IMG/VR virus record: IMGVR_UViG_3300035492_000236
DNA from: a virus
Lineage: Duplodnaviria > Caudoviricetes
Length of the DNA: 64,000 bases
Direction: 5' to 3' (one strand)
The position numbers were made by a program, and so were the translations under genes. The notes under the pieces are model-generated. The model saw nothing but the letters and a program-made list of their open reading frames with translations, was not told the DNA's origin and searched no databases. This document shows, in pieces, positions 18,888 to 29,292 of this stretch (position 1 is the first letter of the stretch; each line of letters begins with the position of its first letter).

Positions 18888-19601
18888 TTAAAACCGGCAG
18901 TGGCGCTGTCGCAAAGCTTGCTGTTTGGTTTTCTCCTCAGGCGTGTACGTCAGGCGGTACTTGTGTGCTACTGATAGGAACTTAAGGATATACTGACATT
19001 GGTTCTGCGGCGGCAACCATTCCAGCCCCTGATCCGATTTTTGACTATTCAAGTTACCTTCAACTGGCCATAAGTTATCGGTGTCGTTGGCGAACTGGAC
19101 GCGCGTTGTGTGATCCCACTGGTCCGCTCCGTGCATCCATGCGTGTTTTAAGGGCACGATGTGGTCTATCTCCAACACCGACGGGTCGGTGATGTGGTTG
19201 TTGGTAAATGGTGACATCCACAACCCGCCTACCACTTTACAATCTCGAATAATGACGTTTCCTCGAGAAGCGATTGCCAGCAACTGGTGTCGGGTGTTCA
19301 GGCAGTTGCTGTCTTCATCAGTCCACCGCCCAAAGTTACCCTCTCGGTCGTAGTTCGTTGTGTTGACATCACGGACATAACACATGCCGGCAGCGACACA
19401 GTCGTCGACCGTGCCGTAGCCAATGTTACTAGCACATGCATCCAGACTATCGTAGCTAATGTAGTGCTGTACATTCGAGTAATAAGGCGATGTGATATCG
19501 TGGCATTTATTACTAGAGACGGCCAGTTTGGTTTCAGCGAACACTTTCGCCCCACCGACAACTACAACTACGATAAACAAGTAACGTAATATAATCAACA
19601 T
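18888..19601 (-). CDS. Exported HNH (DUF1524-like) endonuclease
   Basis: EIDHIVPL...ANDTDNLWPV...N HNH signature; N-terminal signal-peptide-like MLIILRYLFIVVVVVGGAKVFA; Cys-containing CHDITSPYY...SLDAC module. Confidence 0.78.
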   Translation of the reverse strand: MLIILRYLFIVVVVVGGAKVFAETKLAVSSNKCHDITSPYYSNVQHYISYDSLDACASNIGYGTVDDCVAAGMCYVRDVNTTNYDREGNFGRWTDEDSNCLNTRHQLLAIASRGNVIIRDCKVVGGLWMSPFTNNHITDPSVLEIDHIVPLKHAWMHGADQWDHTTRVQFANDTDNLWPVEGNLNSQKSDQGLEWLPPQNQCQYILKFLSVAHKYRLTYTPEEKTKQQALRQRHCRF

Positions 19602-19650
19602 ATTCCACACCAACGCAAAAAAAAGATAGGGGTCCATGGACCCCTACGGT

Positions 19651-20178
19651 TTAGGCCATCGCTGGCAACTTGGCAGCCACCTGATCCGCCAATCCAATTG
19701 GACAATACCAAACACGATCGACATGTACAGCGATGCCACCTGCCGCTTCCCACTGTCTGCAGTTAGACACGAAGTCATCTACCAATACAGCCTGCTCGTG
19801 CGCATACTGGTGTTTGTCACTTGATGCCTGCGTAATGATCACCCGGTCTTCTTCGATCCCAAAGCGCTGCTTCAACCACAGCAACTTATCGTTTTTCACA
19901 GTCTCATACACCGGATGATCATCCCCGGCAGCAGTCAGTATTTTCCACGGAATGTCACGGGCAGTCAACGCATCCAGAAACTGACCGTACTGCGGAATAA
20001 CTGGCAGGTTAAGAAACAGTCTGGGTTCGCGCTTGTACATCTGCCGCAGCAACTGTAAACGGTCTGGATGTTGGTTCAGCTCGTCAATTGACATTCCTTT
20101 AAAATGCCGAGAAATAACATAGCTTTGCCAGTTGGCACCCACGCCGTCCAGATCCACGTAACATATCGTCGTGCTCAC
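19651..20178 (-). CDS. 5'(3')-deoxyribonucleotidase (NT5C-like HAD hydrolase)
   Basis: YVDLDGV motif I, ILTA motif II, K in motif III, LVDDFVSNCRQWEAAGG motif IV. Confidence 0.85.
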   Translation of the reverse strand: MSTTICYVDLDGVGANWQSYVISRHFKGMSIDELNQHPDRLQLLRQMYKREPRLFLNLPVIPQYGQFLDALTARDIPWKILTAAGDDHPVYETVKNDKLLWLKQRFGIEEDRVIITQASSDKHQYAHEQAVLVDDFVSNCRQWEAAGGIAVHVDRVWYCPIGLADQVAAKLPAMA

Positions 20179-20182
20179 TCAA

Positions 20183-20509
20183 TTATCCTCCTAGGACACG
20201 GATAGTACAAATACCACGTGCATAAGACGTTCGCATGGTGAACTTCGTTCTCCGTGTGACGCCACTAGCCCGCAGCATATCCAATTCATCGTTGAAAGTA
20301 TCCAAGTCTTCGTCGGTCACAATGCGTAACACAGCCCTTGCGGCCCGACGTCGGTTGGGATACCTTCGCTCCAGCAACCAATGTACATCATCTCGACTAA
20401 TCGGTCGCTCTAACCCGGTAATGATCAGGTCTTCGACGTCCGCGTTGCCAAGACGTTGTATGGTCAGCGGTATTTCTACGTTGTGCGTTACAACCATGGC
20501 ACGCCTCAT
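20183..20509 (-). CDS. Hypothetical protein
   Basis: Packed ORF in the minus-strand operon. Confidence 0.6.
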   Translation of the reverse strand: MRRAMVVTHNVEIPLTIQRLGNADVEDLIITGLERPISRDDVHWLLERRYPNRRRAARAVLRIVTDEDLDTFNDELDMLRASGVTRRTKFTMRTSYARGICTIRVLGG

Positions 20510-20567
20510 TAAATTGCTTCACAGATCAAATATAACGGCGCACACCGAGAATACCTGCTGTGAATGA

Positions 20568-21242
20568 CTACGTTTTGGCGTGATTATCAACAATGGTTTG
20601 GAATTCAGCACCGGAGATGACCTTTAACTTTTCAACGGGACTTGTGGTTCCGCCACCCACCACCGAAAGAGAGCCGTGTAAGTCAAACTGATAATGACCA
20701 GGGTGAAGCAACTCATCTTCAAGCTTGATTGGTTTAACCACTTTCATTACAAAGGTGTTGAGCTGGTAATGGCGCCCTTGGTCGTGTACATCCACTGCTT
20801 TACGTAGTAAAAGCTGACCCACACGTTCCGGCTTAACCGCGCAGGCTTCCGGCGCGTATGGTACCACCCACAGCTCCCGCGTACGTACCGCATCCATCAC
20901 TAACTTTTTACTAGGACGAACGAGCTCCTCCACATTTAGCCGGTAGATGTAAAACACCGGGCATTGTAGATCTTGCCATTCAGTTCCGGTAAACACCTCC
21001 TTTTCGACACTGACGTCTCGCACGGTAGAGTGACCATAGATGCAACCTACCACCGTTTCGGAACAGCAGATGCGGGGAATGGTGCGGTCTTCGGTTTTGG
21101 TCTGACGACTACCGATGCGGGGCACTAAAGTGCCAAGCCGGGGATTGGTGCTGATGTGAAGAGCGTCGATGTCCTTCAGTGCAGTCATACCCTTCGCTGC
21201 TGTTGGGTTTTGTTTGCTAATCCACGTGGTTAGCCGCGACAT
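20568..21242 (-). CDS. Conserved jumbo-phage protein (phiKZ gp174-like position)
   Basis: HIS...LVPRIG...EDRTIPRICCS motif; directly downstream of the prohead protease. Confidence 0.65.
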   Translation of the reverse strand: MSRLTTWISKQNPTAAKGMTALKDIDALHISTNPRLGTLVPRIGSRQTKTEDRTIPRICCSETVVGCIYGHSTVRDVSVEKEVFTGTEWQDLQCPVFYIYRLNVEELVRPSKKLVMDAVRTRELWVVPYAPEACAVKPERVGQLLLRKAVDVHDQGRHYQLNTFVMKVVKPIKLEDELLHPGHYQFDLHGSLSVVGGGTTSPVEKLKVISGAEFQTIVDNHAKT

Positions 21243-21251
21243 ATTGTCCCC

Positions 21252-22004
21252 TTACCATTGCATGGCTCCAGGCCGTGTCAGGCTAGTGGCTGGTCGCTGA
21301 TAGCGTGCCACGACCTCACGCAGACCGTCGATGTCTGCTGACTCCAGCCCGTACCCACGGTGTGCGGTGGCGGTGTTGATCACATTCATCACCGCTTCGA
21401 CGGGGATAGCGATGTCGCTATGCGCCTCCAATGCCGGAGAGTTGTACTTGTGCGCCTTGCTGATACCGGGCTCTACCACCCAGTCGAACGTCACCACATC
21501 GGTCAGAGTACGCACTACGCGGCCACCGATGTATTGGTCGTCGCACAGGGCGCGGATACTGAAACACACGTTTTGGTCGGGGTTGTCCAGCGCTGCCTTC
21601 AGAAGATGTCCGCGTTCCCGGTCTGGCTTGACCGACGCATAGATCAGCATCACCTGCTTGCCGGCAATGATCTCGCCCGGAACGATTTCAATGTCACGGA
21701 TGTGGGCACAGATGTTCTTCGGATCGATGCGCTTGATACGGGCGACGTAATCCTCGAACTTCCCACCGATGGGCCACTGCGGGTGATCTTCTTCAGAGTA
21801 CAAATTGCCTGCCGACATCCGCCGCATGAAACTGGCAGAATTGTCAAACAGATGTTTACTGGCTTCGTAATCGTACCAGATCCCAGCCGAGTTGTAGATG
21901 TTGAGCGCACCAATGCACAGCCGATAGTAGCCATTGGCGTCAGGTTTAATGATGCCTTCTTTGTTGGTGCCCACCAACGCAGAACAGGCGTATTTTAACG
22001 TCAT
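21252..22004 (-). CDS. Prohead (head maturation) protease (phiKZ gp175-like)
   Basis: NICAHIRDIE (catalytic His), NVCFSIRA (catalytic Ser) and TFDWVVEPGI motifs; synteny. Confidence 0.9.
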   Translation of the reverse strand: MTLKYACSALVGTNKEGIIKPDANGYYRLCIGALNIYNSAGIWYDYEASKHLFDNSASFMRRMSAGNLYSEEDHPQWPIGGKFEDYVARIKRIDPKNICAHIRDIEIVPGEIIAGKQVMLIYASVKPDRERGHLLKAALDNPDQNVCFSIRALCDDQYIGGRVVRTLTDVVTFDWVVEPGISKAHKYNSPALEAHSDIAIPVEAVMNVINTATAHRGYGLESADIDGLREVVARYQRPATSLTRPGAMQW

Positions 22005-22009
22005 GATCG

Positions 22010-22726
22010 TTACTCCATAAATAACTCTTCAAGCATATCCTTCCGCGTCGGTTCAGCCAACATAGCGGTACGGATCCCGACCTGGAGTTCGGAGCCGTTG
22101 ATCCGAGCCAGGTTAGACGCCGTGTTGTTGGGAATGTCTCGCAGTGGAATGATATTCGGTTGGGTGCGTACGTCACTATCCGACTTAAGTGTGTAACGAT
22201 ACAATCGCTTCACGTTAGCCGGATCGCGACACAGCTTGGCGGTAATGATATCCAAAATCGCTTGACTGCGCGCCATCGACAGGTCATTAAAGTACTTGGC
22301 ATTCTTAAACAGCTCCGCATGGTCCACCATGTCCATGAACCAGGGGACCCGTGCGTAGTCAACAAAATAGTTCATGATTTCGTTGACGAACTTTTTGTTC
22401 TTAACCACGGATGTGTTCTTGATGACCACGTCTCCAGGTTGAAACGAGAACTCCAAGTAATCCTCACCTTCAATTTGGACATTGTCGATGCTACAAGGTC
22501 CTAACGTCAGCATGCCCGATGCTGAGGATACCCCGTAGTGATTGCCAATGACGATGGCATAAACGCCAAGAATGGATATCTCCGCCGACAGCAGCGCCAA
22601 CGAATAGTTGGTGTAGTTCGCCGGGATTGAAATCTTGCATGCTGCTTTGGTGAGCACCTGCCCGTCCTTGCTGACCAGGTTTTGGTGAATGGTGTTCGCA
22701 TTTCTGGTGAGTTTGGAGATATCCAT
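22010..22726 (-). CDS. Virion protein (phiKZ gp176-like)
   Basis: 238-aa ORF in the conserved position between gp177-like and the protease. Confidence 0.75.
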   Translation of the reverse strand: MDISKLTRNANTIHQNLVSKDGQVLTKAACKISIPANYTNYSLALLSAEISILGVYAIVIGNHYGVSSASGMLTLGPCSIDNVQIEGEDYLEFSFQPGDVVIKNTSVVKNKKFVNEIMNYFVDYARVPWFMDMVDHAELFKNAKYFNDLSMARSQAILDIITAKLCRDPANVKRLYRYTLKSDSDVRTQPNIIPLRDIPNNTASNLARINGSELQVGIRTAMLAEPTRKDMLEELFME

Positions 22727-22733
22727 TGCTCAA

Positions 22734-24188
22734 TTACCCTTTGTAAATTAACAGACCAGAGATAATCCAGTCGGTGATGTACTCGTTGGTGACTTCCGTG
22801 GCTGCTTCCTCAACGTCCATTCCCATTTCAACCTTACGACTGATCTCAGACAGGAAGCGGTACGCGTTGGTGTGTGGGAACAGCACATCGCACACGTACT
22901 TCATGCAGATCGCGCCCACGTCGTTAAGATCGGTCGGGCGAATATCTGCCAGCACGTCTTTGGCACGCGCAATCACCTTGACCTTTTCCATTCCGGGCGG
23001 GTAGTAGCGTGGGTCCAGGTCGTCGATTTCAGACAGGACGCAGGAGTACATCGCGTCCTTGACCTTGCGCAGCCGTTCGGTCTCTTGCAGGCGCTTTTGA
23101 CTGTTGTGGTAGTTGGACCAGGCGGTCTGATTAACCTGCGCATTGTCGAGCATGACTTGGAAGTTCATATCGCCAGACGACTTGCGGTTCATGTGGGCGC
23201 CGAAGAGTATTTCCGGACTGCCGCCGGCATCCAACCACTGATCGTACACCGGACTGTTCAAATACAGGATACGTCCATCGTCACTGATGCCATGGAACAC
23301 GATTCGGCTTTTCAGTTCGGTCTCGTAGATGCTCAGGATCATGTTGCAGGCATCGGCATACGCCGTCACCAGTTTGTGCAGCAATGTTTCCCAAGTCTGC
23401 AATTCCAGACCGCTGCCTTCCACCGGGTTGTCCAACAGCACGTTCGCAAACAGGTAGCACAACAGCGATTCGTTGCGAGTCAGGTACACCGGGTGAGTGA
23501 GTCTGCCGGCATCCTGACGACCATTGAAGATCAGGTTGAACACATCAGTTGCAGACATGCCGGTCTCGCGCAGCAGGGCCGCAAAGACACCGTCGATGTT
23601 GGACGAACCGGTGACAACCAGTGAATCAACGTTGGCGGGCACCGGAATCCGCGGAATAGCGGCGCGTTCCACCGGACTCAGTCGACCGCGGAACGGATGG
23701 TTGTCCAACGCAGTGCGTACGATGGGGTTGGTCCAGGCATCCAACAGACCAACTTCTACCAGCTCGAACGGTTCCACGATGGCAGTGCTGTGATCGATAT
23801 AAGTCTCCATCTTGTCCAGCATGGAGTTGATCACCGGCTTAGCCACGTTCTGGGCATGACTTCGGGCGTTCATGGCGCCCGTGGCCACGAATGACACCGC
23901 TTCATCCATGGACAGAGAATGGAGTGATTGTGGCAGTAGTACGATCTCGTCGCCGTCGGCGTCATCAGTCACCGGTTCAGTGCCGCCAGTGACCGGGTGT
24001 CGTGTCAGGGTGTGTTGCCAGGCCTCAATGAAACCGGAGTCGCCTTCATAAGTGTCAATCAGCGGAGTGAAACTGGCGCTGTTCAACGCACCAACTGGGG
24101 ACTGTTCGGTGGTCGCCAGTCGATAACAGGCTTGGTTGATCTGATCTGCCAAGGGGTGAATGGCGGTAAGAACTTCAATACTGATCAT
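22734..24188 (-). CDS. Virion protein (phiKZ gp177-like)
   Basis: 484-aa ORF in the conserved position. Confidence 0.72.
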   Translation of the reverse strand: MISIEVLTAIHPLADQINQACYRLATTEQSPVGALNSASFTPLIDTYEGDSGFIEAWQHTLTRHPVTGGTEPVTDDADGDEIVLLPQSLHSLSMDEAVSFVATGAMNARSHAQNVAKPVINSMLDKMETYIDHSTAIVEPFELVEVGLLDAWTNPIVRTALDNHPFRGRLSPVERAAIPRIPVPANVDSLVVTGSSNIDGVFAALLRETGMSATDVFNLIFNGRQDAGRLTHPVYLTRNESLLCYLFANVLLDNPVEGSGLELQTWETLLHKLVTAYADACNMILSIYETELKSRIVFHGISDDGRILYLNSPVYDQWLDAGGSPEILFGAHMNRKSSGDMNFQVMLDNAQVNQTAWSNYHNSQKRLQETERLRKVKDAMYSCVLSEIDDLDPRYYPPGMEKVKVIARAKDVLADIRPTDLNDVGAICMKYVCDVLFPHTNAYRFLSEISRKVEMGMDVEEAATEVTNEYITDWIISGLLIYKG

Positions 24189-24193
24189 GGGTA

Positions 24194-24388
24194 TTAGCCT
24201 CGCAGGTGGTCGTCAAGCCGGACACGGAATTTGGCGACGGTGGCGTCAGCCAGGATTTGGCGGGTCAGTTTGTTACCGCCCGAGGTCTTGTTGCCATGCT
24301 GTCGCATGGTGTGCATCTGAGCACGTACGGCCAATTCTACAGCATTGGCCAGGGTAATGGTATTACGCCGTTCATTTGAAACGTGCAT
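24194..24388 (-). CDS. Small conserved protein downstream of vRNAP beta
   Basis: GGAG RBS, ATG start; occupies the small-gene slot between gp178-like and gp177-like genes. Confidence 0.6.
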   Translation of the reverse strand: MHVSNERRNTITLANAVELAVRAQMHTMRQHGNKTSGGNKLTRQILADATVAKFRVRLDDHLRG

Positions 24389-24456
24389 GTCATTCTCCGG
24401 AGTGTTTTAAAGTTAGAGGGGTGGGAGCGACCCACCCCACGTAGTGCAATAAGGAA

Positions 24457-25590
24457 TCAACCGCCCTCTTTCAGAATCGCTTGTGCGCCCTCAGAGATCA
24501 GTTGACAAACCTTGTTCGTGGTGCCGATCTGGTACACTGACAACACGATCCGCGCATCGACCGATTTGCGTCCAAAGATGGCGTCAATAGGTAGACCCGT
24601 TTCGGTTTCATTAACGCCAACCATGACGCGTCGAAAGGTTGATTTCAACTGGTTGGCAAACACGGCCTTGTCGCCACCAATGGCCGGCACTTCCTGCGTC
24701 ATATACAGACGGATGACCATAGTCTCCAGCTCTACAGGATTACCTTCAATCCGCAGAGAGCTGTCAACCCGACCATGCTCCGCCAGCCGTTTGGGACTGC
24801 GTTTGGCTTCCCGCCTACGCTTACGATCGCCCCACTCTGCTAGTGCCCGAACGGATTCCGACATGTCTTCATAATCGCCGTGGTAGAAGATCTCGATACG
24901 ATCCACCACCCCGTTGAGCTTGGCGCGAGGTGCCTTAGCTGCCAACTTACGTAGCGTTTCAATGGATTTATCGCTGAAGCCTTGCATACCAGCAGAGACC
25001 GCATCTTCGATCACGCAGAGTACAGTGTCGGGGGTCAGCTTCTTACCTTCCTTCACCATGTCATGTATGGCTTGATCGAAACGCACCGTGATATGTTTCA
25101 CCTTGGAGATCTGTGTGGTTAGCTTCTCCGACAAAGCTGGCGAGATCGCGCTGGAGTCTTCAAGGGTGTCGGTGCCTTCCAGTAGGACAACGTTAGCCAT
25201 CACTCCCGCTTTCCAGTTGACCTGGTTAGGCGTAACAGGATCGACCTCGAAGAACTTCTCGTTGTAGGTCAGTACATCACCCTTGGCGAACTTCTGACCA
25301 ACCTTAACATTAGGAACCAACACATGCGGGAAGACCCCGCCCTCATGTCGACCGAAGGTTTTTCCGACAGGGTATGACTTAGTGGTCTTGGGCTTGGTGT
25401 CGTATTCCACGGTAATACCATACTCATCCATCTCGACGACTTTACCGGACTCTGCAGCCACTACTGCCTGACTGCTCCCCGTACGGTGGGCCACTAACTT
25501 CTCCGCCCCAGTACGGAATGCGGTGACTTCATATCCGTTGGCAGACATGCCTGAGCCATGCTGAATTCCAACAAAGCTTGCTCGTTTTCC
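24457..25590 (-). CDS. rpoB: Virion RNA polymerase beta subunit (gp178-like), exon 2
   Basis: Open frame from GGA at 25590 (GKRASFVGIQHG...) continues into ORF 24457..25548; beta motifs EDSSAIS and GDKAVFANQLK. Confidence 0.9.
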   Translation of the reverse strand, partial: GKRASFVGIQHGSGMSANGYEVTAFRTGAEKLVAHRTGSSQAVVAAESGKVVEMDEYGITVEYDTKPKTTKSYPVGKTFGRHEGGVFPHVLVPNVKVGQKFAKGDVLTYNEKFFEVDPVTPNQVNWKAGVMANVVLLEGTDTLEDSSAISPALSEKLTTQISKVKHITVRFDQAIHDMVKEGKKLTPDTVLCVIEDAVSAGMQGFSDKSIETLRKLAAKAPRAKLNGVVDRIEIFYHGDYEDMSESVRALAEWGDRKRRREAKRSPKRLAEHGRVDSSLRIEGNPVELETMVIRLYMTQEVPAIGGDKAVFANQLKSTFRRVMVGVNETETGLPIDAIFGRKSVDARIVLSVYQIGTTNKVCQLISEGAQAILKEGG

Positions 25591-26060
25591 CGAAATGTTC
25601 AGAGTGGTCGTTAATCACTCCCGCTATCACGGACCTCCCGGTCGGCGACGCTGCTCTGGGGTTTCCCCAGATGTCCAGACTATATTATCATCTCACCTTA
25701 ACAAGCGCACCTAATGCGCTACGATGAGAGCTTTCTCTTTCCTAGCCACTTGGCCAGTACGAGGGCGACCCCTCTAGTCGTTGAACGTTCTCCTTGGTGC
25801 GTCTCCCGACGCCGGTAGGAGCTTCGCTGCTCGATTGTCCATTGCATAACCCCTTAGCGGCGCGTCTCCCGACAGGCACTCCTTTAAGCGTAGGGCATCT
25901 CAACTGGCCTCCTCAGGAAGCCTTTGACTTTTTTCTGTCTTTCGACCGCGTATCGCACTCGTCCTTTCGGACCATGCTGTAGCGAGTTGAGCTTTAGGGT
26001 GTTCCAGCAATTAAGAAAGTTATCACTCCACAATCACTCGTAGAGGCGACGTTTATGTCC
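25591..26060 (-). mobile_element. Group I intron (470 nt, no ORF) in vRNAP beta
   Basis: 5' exon ends in U and intron ends in G; P element AATTGCTGGAA (26002-26012), R GTTCAACGACTA (25775-25786), S ATATAGTCT (25677-25685); P7 GACTA/TAGTC, P3 CTTTCT/AGAAAG, P9 CTGGG-GAAA-CCCAG. Removal restores HDD|GKR in frame. Confidence 0.92.
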
Positions 26061-29000
26061 ATCGTCGTGCATAATGCCCGGTGCTAACTGGTTAGAAAAT
26101 GACAGGTATTGGTTCACCTCCAAGTTGTCACGGTCCAGCGGTTTAATCAACCCATCAACATCATCAAAGATGGGGTTGTTAGTCAGGTACTCGGTAATGC
26201 CAACGTCACCACTGTCAACGTTGTCGCCGGAGATCACTCCCAGGTTGTTCTTACCGAACACCCGCGTCCTCTTCACCATCGATCTGCGAGAGCGTCCGCC
26301 GGTCCCGCCGAAAGTCACGACATCAGCTTCTTTGATAGACTGAATTGGGTTGGAGTCGGATGCCGGCATTACCGACGGGTCTTGTGCAATCGCGCTCCAG
26401 ATTTGGTTGGGCGGTAAGATGATCTTCTTCCGACTACCTGGTTTATTGCGGGAGTCTCGAATTGCTTTAACCAACTGCCCATACACTGCCCCAGCAATGC
26501 GCTGATGTCCGTAGATATGCATGCTGTCCATATCGGTCTCGTGCGGATGTTGGTCATAGGTCAACATTTCGTTCGCACGTCGGATAAGTCCCCTAAACGT
26601 GGTCGGTTCGCCCATCTTTTTCAAGATGCGTTCACTGATTGGATCCACGTACATGGCGTCCATCTGATCCAGCTCCAGCAGATACCTAACCGTCAACCCG
26701 TCTTTCTGAATCAGGTTCAGATACACGTCTTGACGGTTCAGGTCTTCCATGGAGAAGTCGCGCGTGATCTTGACGTAATGACGCAGACCATTGAAGATCA
26801 GTGCTTGCTCCTGGTTTGCGTAGGTGATAACGTATTTACCGTCTCTGCAGGGAATTATCAGATCGCCTTCATCGGCCTTGACACGCTCACCTGCTTCCGC
26901 CAGACGATAGTCGACGCCGAACTCCTTCAGCGCACTCTCCAGCCCGTAGTAGTACGCAATCACGAGCCCGGTTGGAATTGCCTTCCCCATCATCGACAGT
27001 TCACTGTGTTCTTTCGGCGCCTTGCTGATATCGAAGCCAAGCACTTCTGCGAGAGTCCCCACTTCGGTCAGGCCTTTGCCGTCTTCCTTGTACATCATGT
27101 TAAACGGATCCATGACGTAAGTGGCGCCACGTGATTTACCGACAGGTACCAGCTTCTGCTCTTTCAGTTCGGCCACCTTCTCCACACCGAAGGTTTTATC
27201 CACCGTGCTGTAATCGAAGTTAAACACGATGCCTTGTGAGGTGAAACCGGAGAGTCGCTGCGATACGGAAGTGTAGTCGCGTGGTAACTCCACAGTAGGG
27301 TCGAAAACATTAGCAAACCGCAAATCGCTCACGCTCAGGTTACTGGCATCAATGCCTGCAGTGATGATGTTGTTGGTCAGCCACTTGGGCCAATCATTCA
27401 CCACCTTGTCACTACGCCGAATGAAGTTCTTATTGTAGAATGTAGTGAGTGCGACGGTGTCTGGCGCAGTCTTTCGAATAGGGAGGTCGACCCGCTGCCT
27501 CCTCATGGTGTAGCGCACGTCGTTCGCTGTCCAATACCCTTCATCATCAAATAGTGGTGTGGGGAAATGGATCGTGGACGACTCACCCTTCACCGGAGTG
27601 ATTTTGAGGGTGTGGTATACCAGACCGTTGGCAGCGTCCACTACTTCCTCGGCTTTGTAGTCATTGACAACTATGCCCATTTTCTGCACAGCCATGATTG
27701 AACTACAAATGTCTTTCGGCAGCACTTTCTGTATGTATTTGCGGTTGAGGTTCGTGACTGTACTCTTCGCTAGACCAGGATCCAACAATACCGGATCCTC
27801 GAGCAACAACTCTTCCTCCAACGCCACTTCCTCGGACGTGACCTCCAGCATATCAGCCAGCGTCCCCTCGCCAAACGGGTTAGGGATGGCCTTGTAGCTT
27901 TCTGACTGATCCAGCATCCGCTGGTATTCCTTGGTGGTCAGTTGGCCGGCCTCGATATAACGCAGGCTTTCTCGCTTGATGCCGTTGTCAATAGTGATAG
28001 TGGTGTGTTTGACATCCTCCACCTCGACCTCATCGGTAGTCTGGACTATCTCAAAATCTTCCTCTTCGTCAAGGTCAACCTGCTCATCAAACGCTTCAAT
28101 CTCCTCTTCAACCGAGCGATCGTCACCATCAGTAAGTTCAGGCGGATCGAATTCACCACTGTCTTCCAGCAGCTCGGTCTCGACGATCTCGCCATCAGCA
28201 TCCTCACGTACAGACACCGGTTGGGTGGACTTCACCTCTTCCGGTAATTGCTCCGTTGCTAGTTGGATGATGGACTTGTACAGACGCCGCTGCATTTGGA
28301 TAGGATCAATGCGTCCACCGGTGTCGCCTTTACGCCAGAAATCCAACTCACCCAAGTTCATGTTGATGAATCGATCATTGAACGACACGATCACGTTGAT
28401 CCGCTTGAGTTGCTCTGCCGTGAGTTTACCCAACATGCCGCGGTCACGGTTAGGACCAAACCAAGTCCATAGTTCCAGGAAGAACAGTACGTTATCGTCA
28501 CGCATACTGTCGAGGGTGTTGAGGTCGCGTCGCTTCTCCGCCTTACGCAACTTAGCAATGGACGGCAACTTGGTCGGAATGGTCAACAGTAGGTAGTTCT
28601 GTCGTTGGAAAGTAGAGCTGTCGTGGCCCAGCTGGGTAACCACAGTTAGGAACAAGTTGTACCAGCGCTCATACCACGACATCAACGTTTCGGGGTAACG
28701 ATAAACCCGACGCAACGGAGCATAGTTCTCCACCATCATGACCCGATCGTCACGCTCCACCAATTTGGTATTGTGCATCATCCGCAGACGTTTGTTGATC
28801 CGATGATATTGAATCACGTCGCGAGCAATGGCGGTCTCCACACGACGGGGTCGGCCGACAGTGCCATGTTCGGCCAGGTGCAGTACGTGGTTAACCTGAA
28901 TCAGTTTTTCCGCCTTCTCCAAAATCGGGTGATTCTGCGGCGGGCCAATTTCAGACACCCCATCGGTCGGGATGTAGTGCAGAATACTACCCCTGGGTAG

Positions 29001-29090
29001 TTCGAGCTTCGACAGTGATGCGATACGTGGATTGCCGAACTGTTCGACCCGAATCACTGAAAACTGTCGGTTAAAGTTGCGAAGTAACAT
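26061..29090 (-). CDS. rpoB: Virion RNA polymerase beta subunit (gp178-like), exon 1
   Basis: 1010 codons ending ...LAPGIMHDD, equivalent to bacterial beta PFLEHDD; spliced product about 1387 aa. Confidence 0.9.
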
Positions 29091-29118
29091 TCTGTCCTTC
29101 CTTGCCTATCGGTAAGAA

Positions 29119-29292
29119 TTATTCAGGGTCAGCCAACAGGTTAAACATGGTACGTTCAATCAAGTCGGTGTTGACATCAATCTTTAGACGGTCACCATTC
29201 ACCCAGAACGATGCCTTTTGCATTTGTTTGCGGTTTTCTTCCAGTGCTTCGTCGGTGTAGACGGAATCACCAGATCCAGTGTCACCATCGAA
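29119..29292 (-). CDS. rpoC: Virion RNA polymerase beta' subunit (gp180-like), exon 2
   Basis: Begins FDGDT, completing the catalytic DFDGD motif; 57 aa plus stop. Confidence 0.9.
   Translation of the reverse strand, partial: FDGDTGSGDSVYTDEALEENRKQMQKASFWVNGDRLKIDVNTDLIERTMFNLLADPE

Noticed and set aside
18888-19637. HNH gene as the trans-acting homing endonuclease for the introns
   Set aside because: It has a signal-peptide-like leader and the bacterial secreted-nuclease architecture, with no DNA-binding modules typical of homing enzymes.
25794-25982. Small ORFs within the introns (25794..25982, 29218..29463, first 25 aa of 29119..29367) as homing endonucleases or maturases
   Set aside because: Too short, overlapping ribozyme core elements, and lacking HNH, GIY-YIG or LAGLIDADG motifs.
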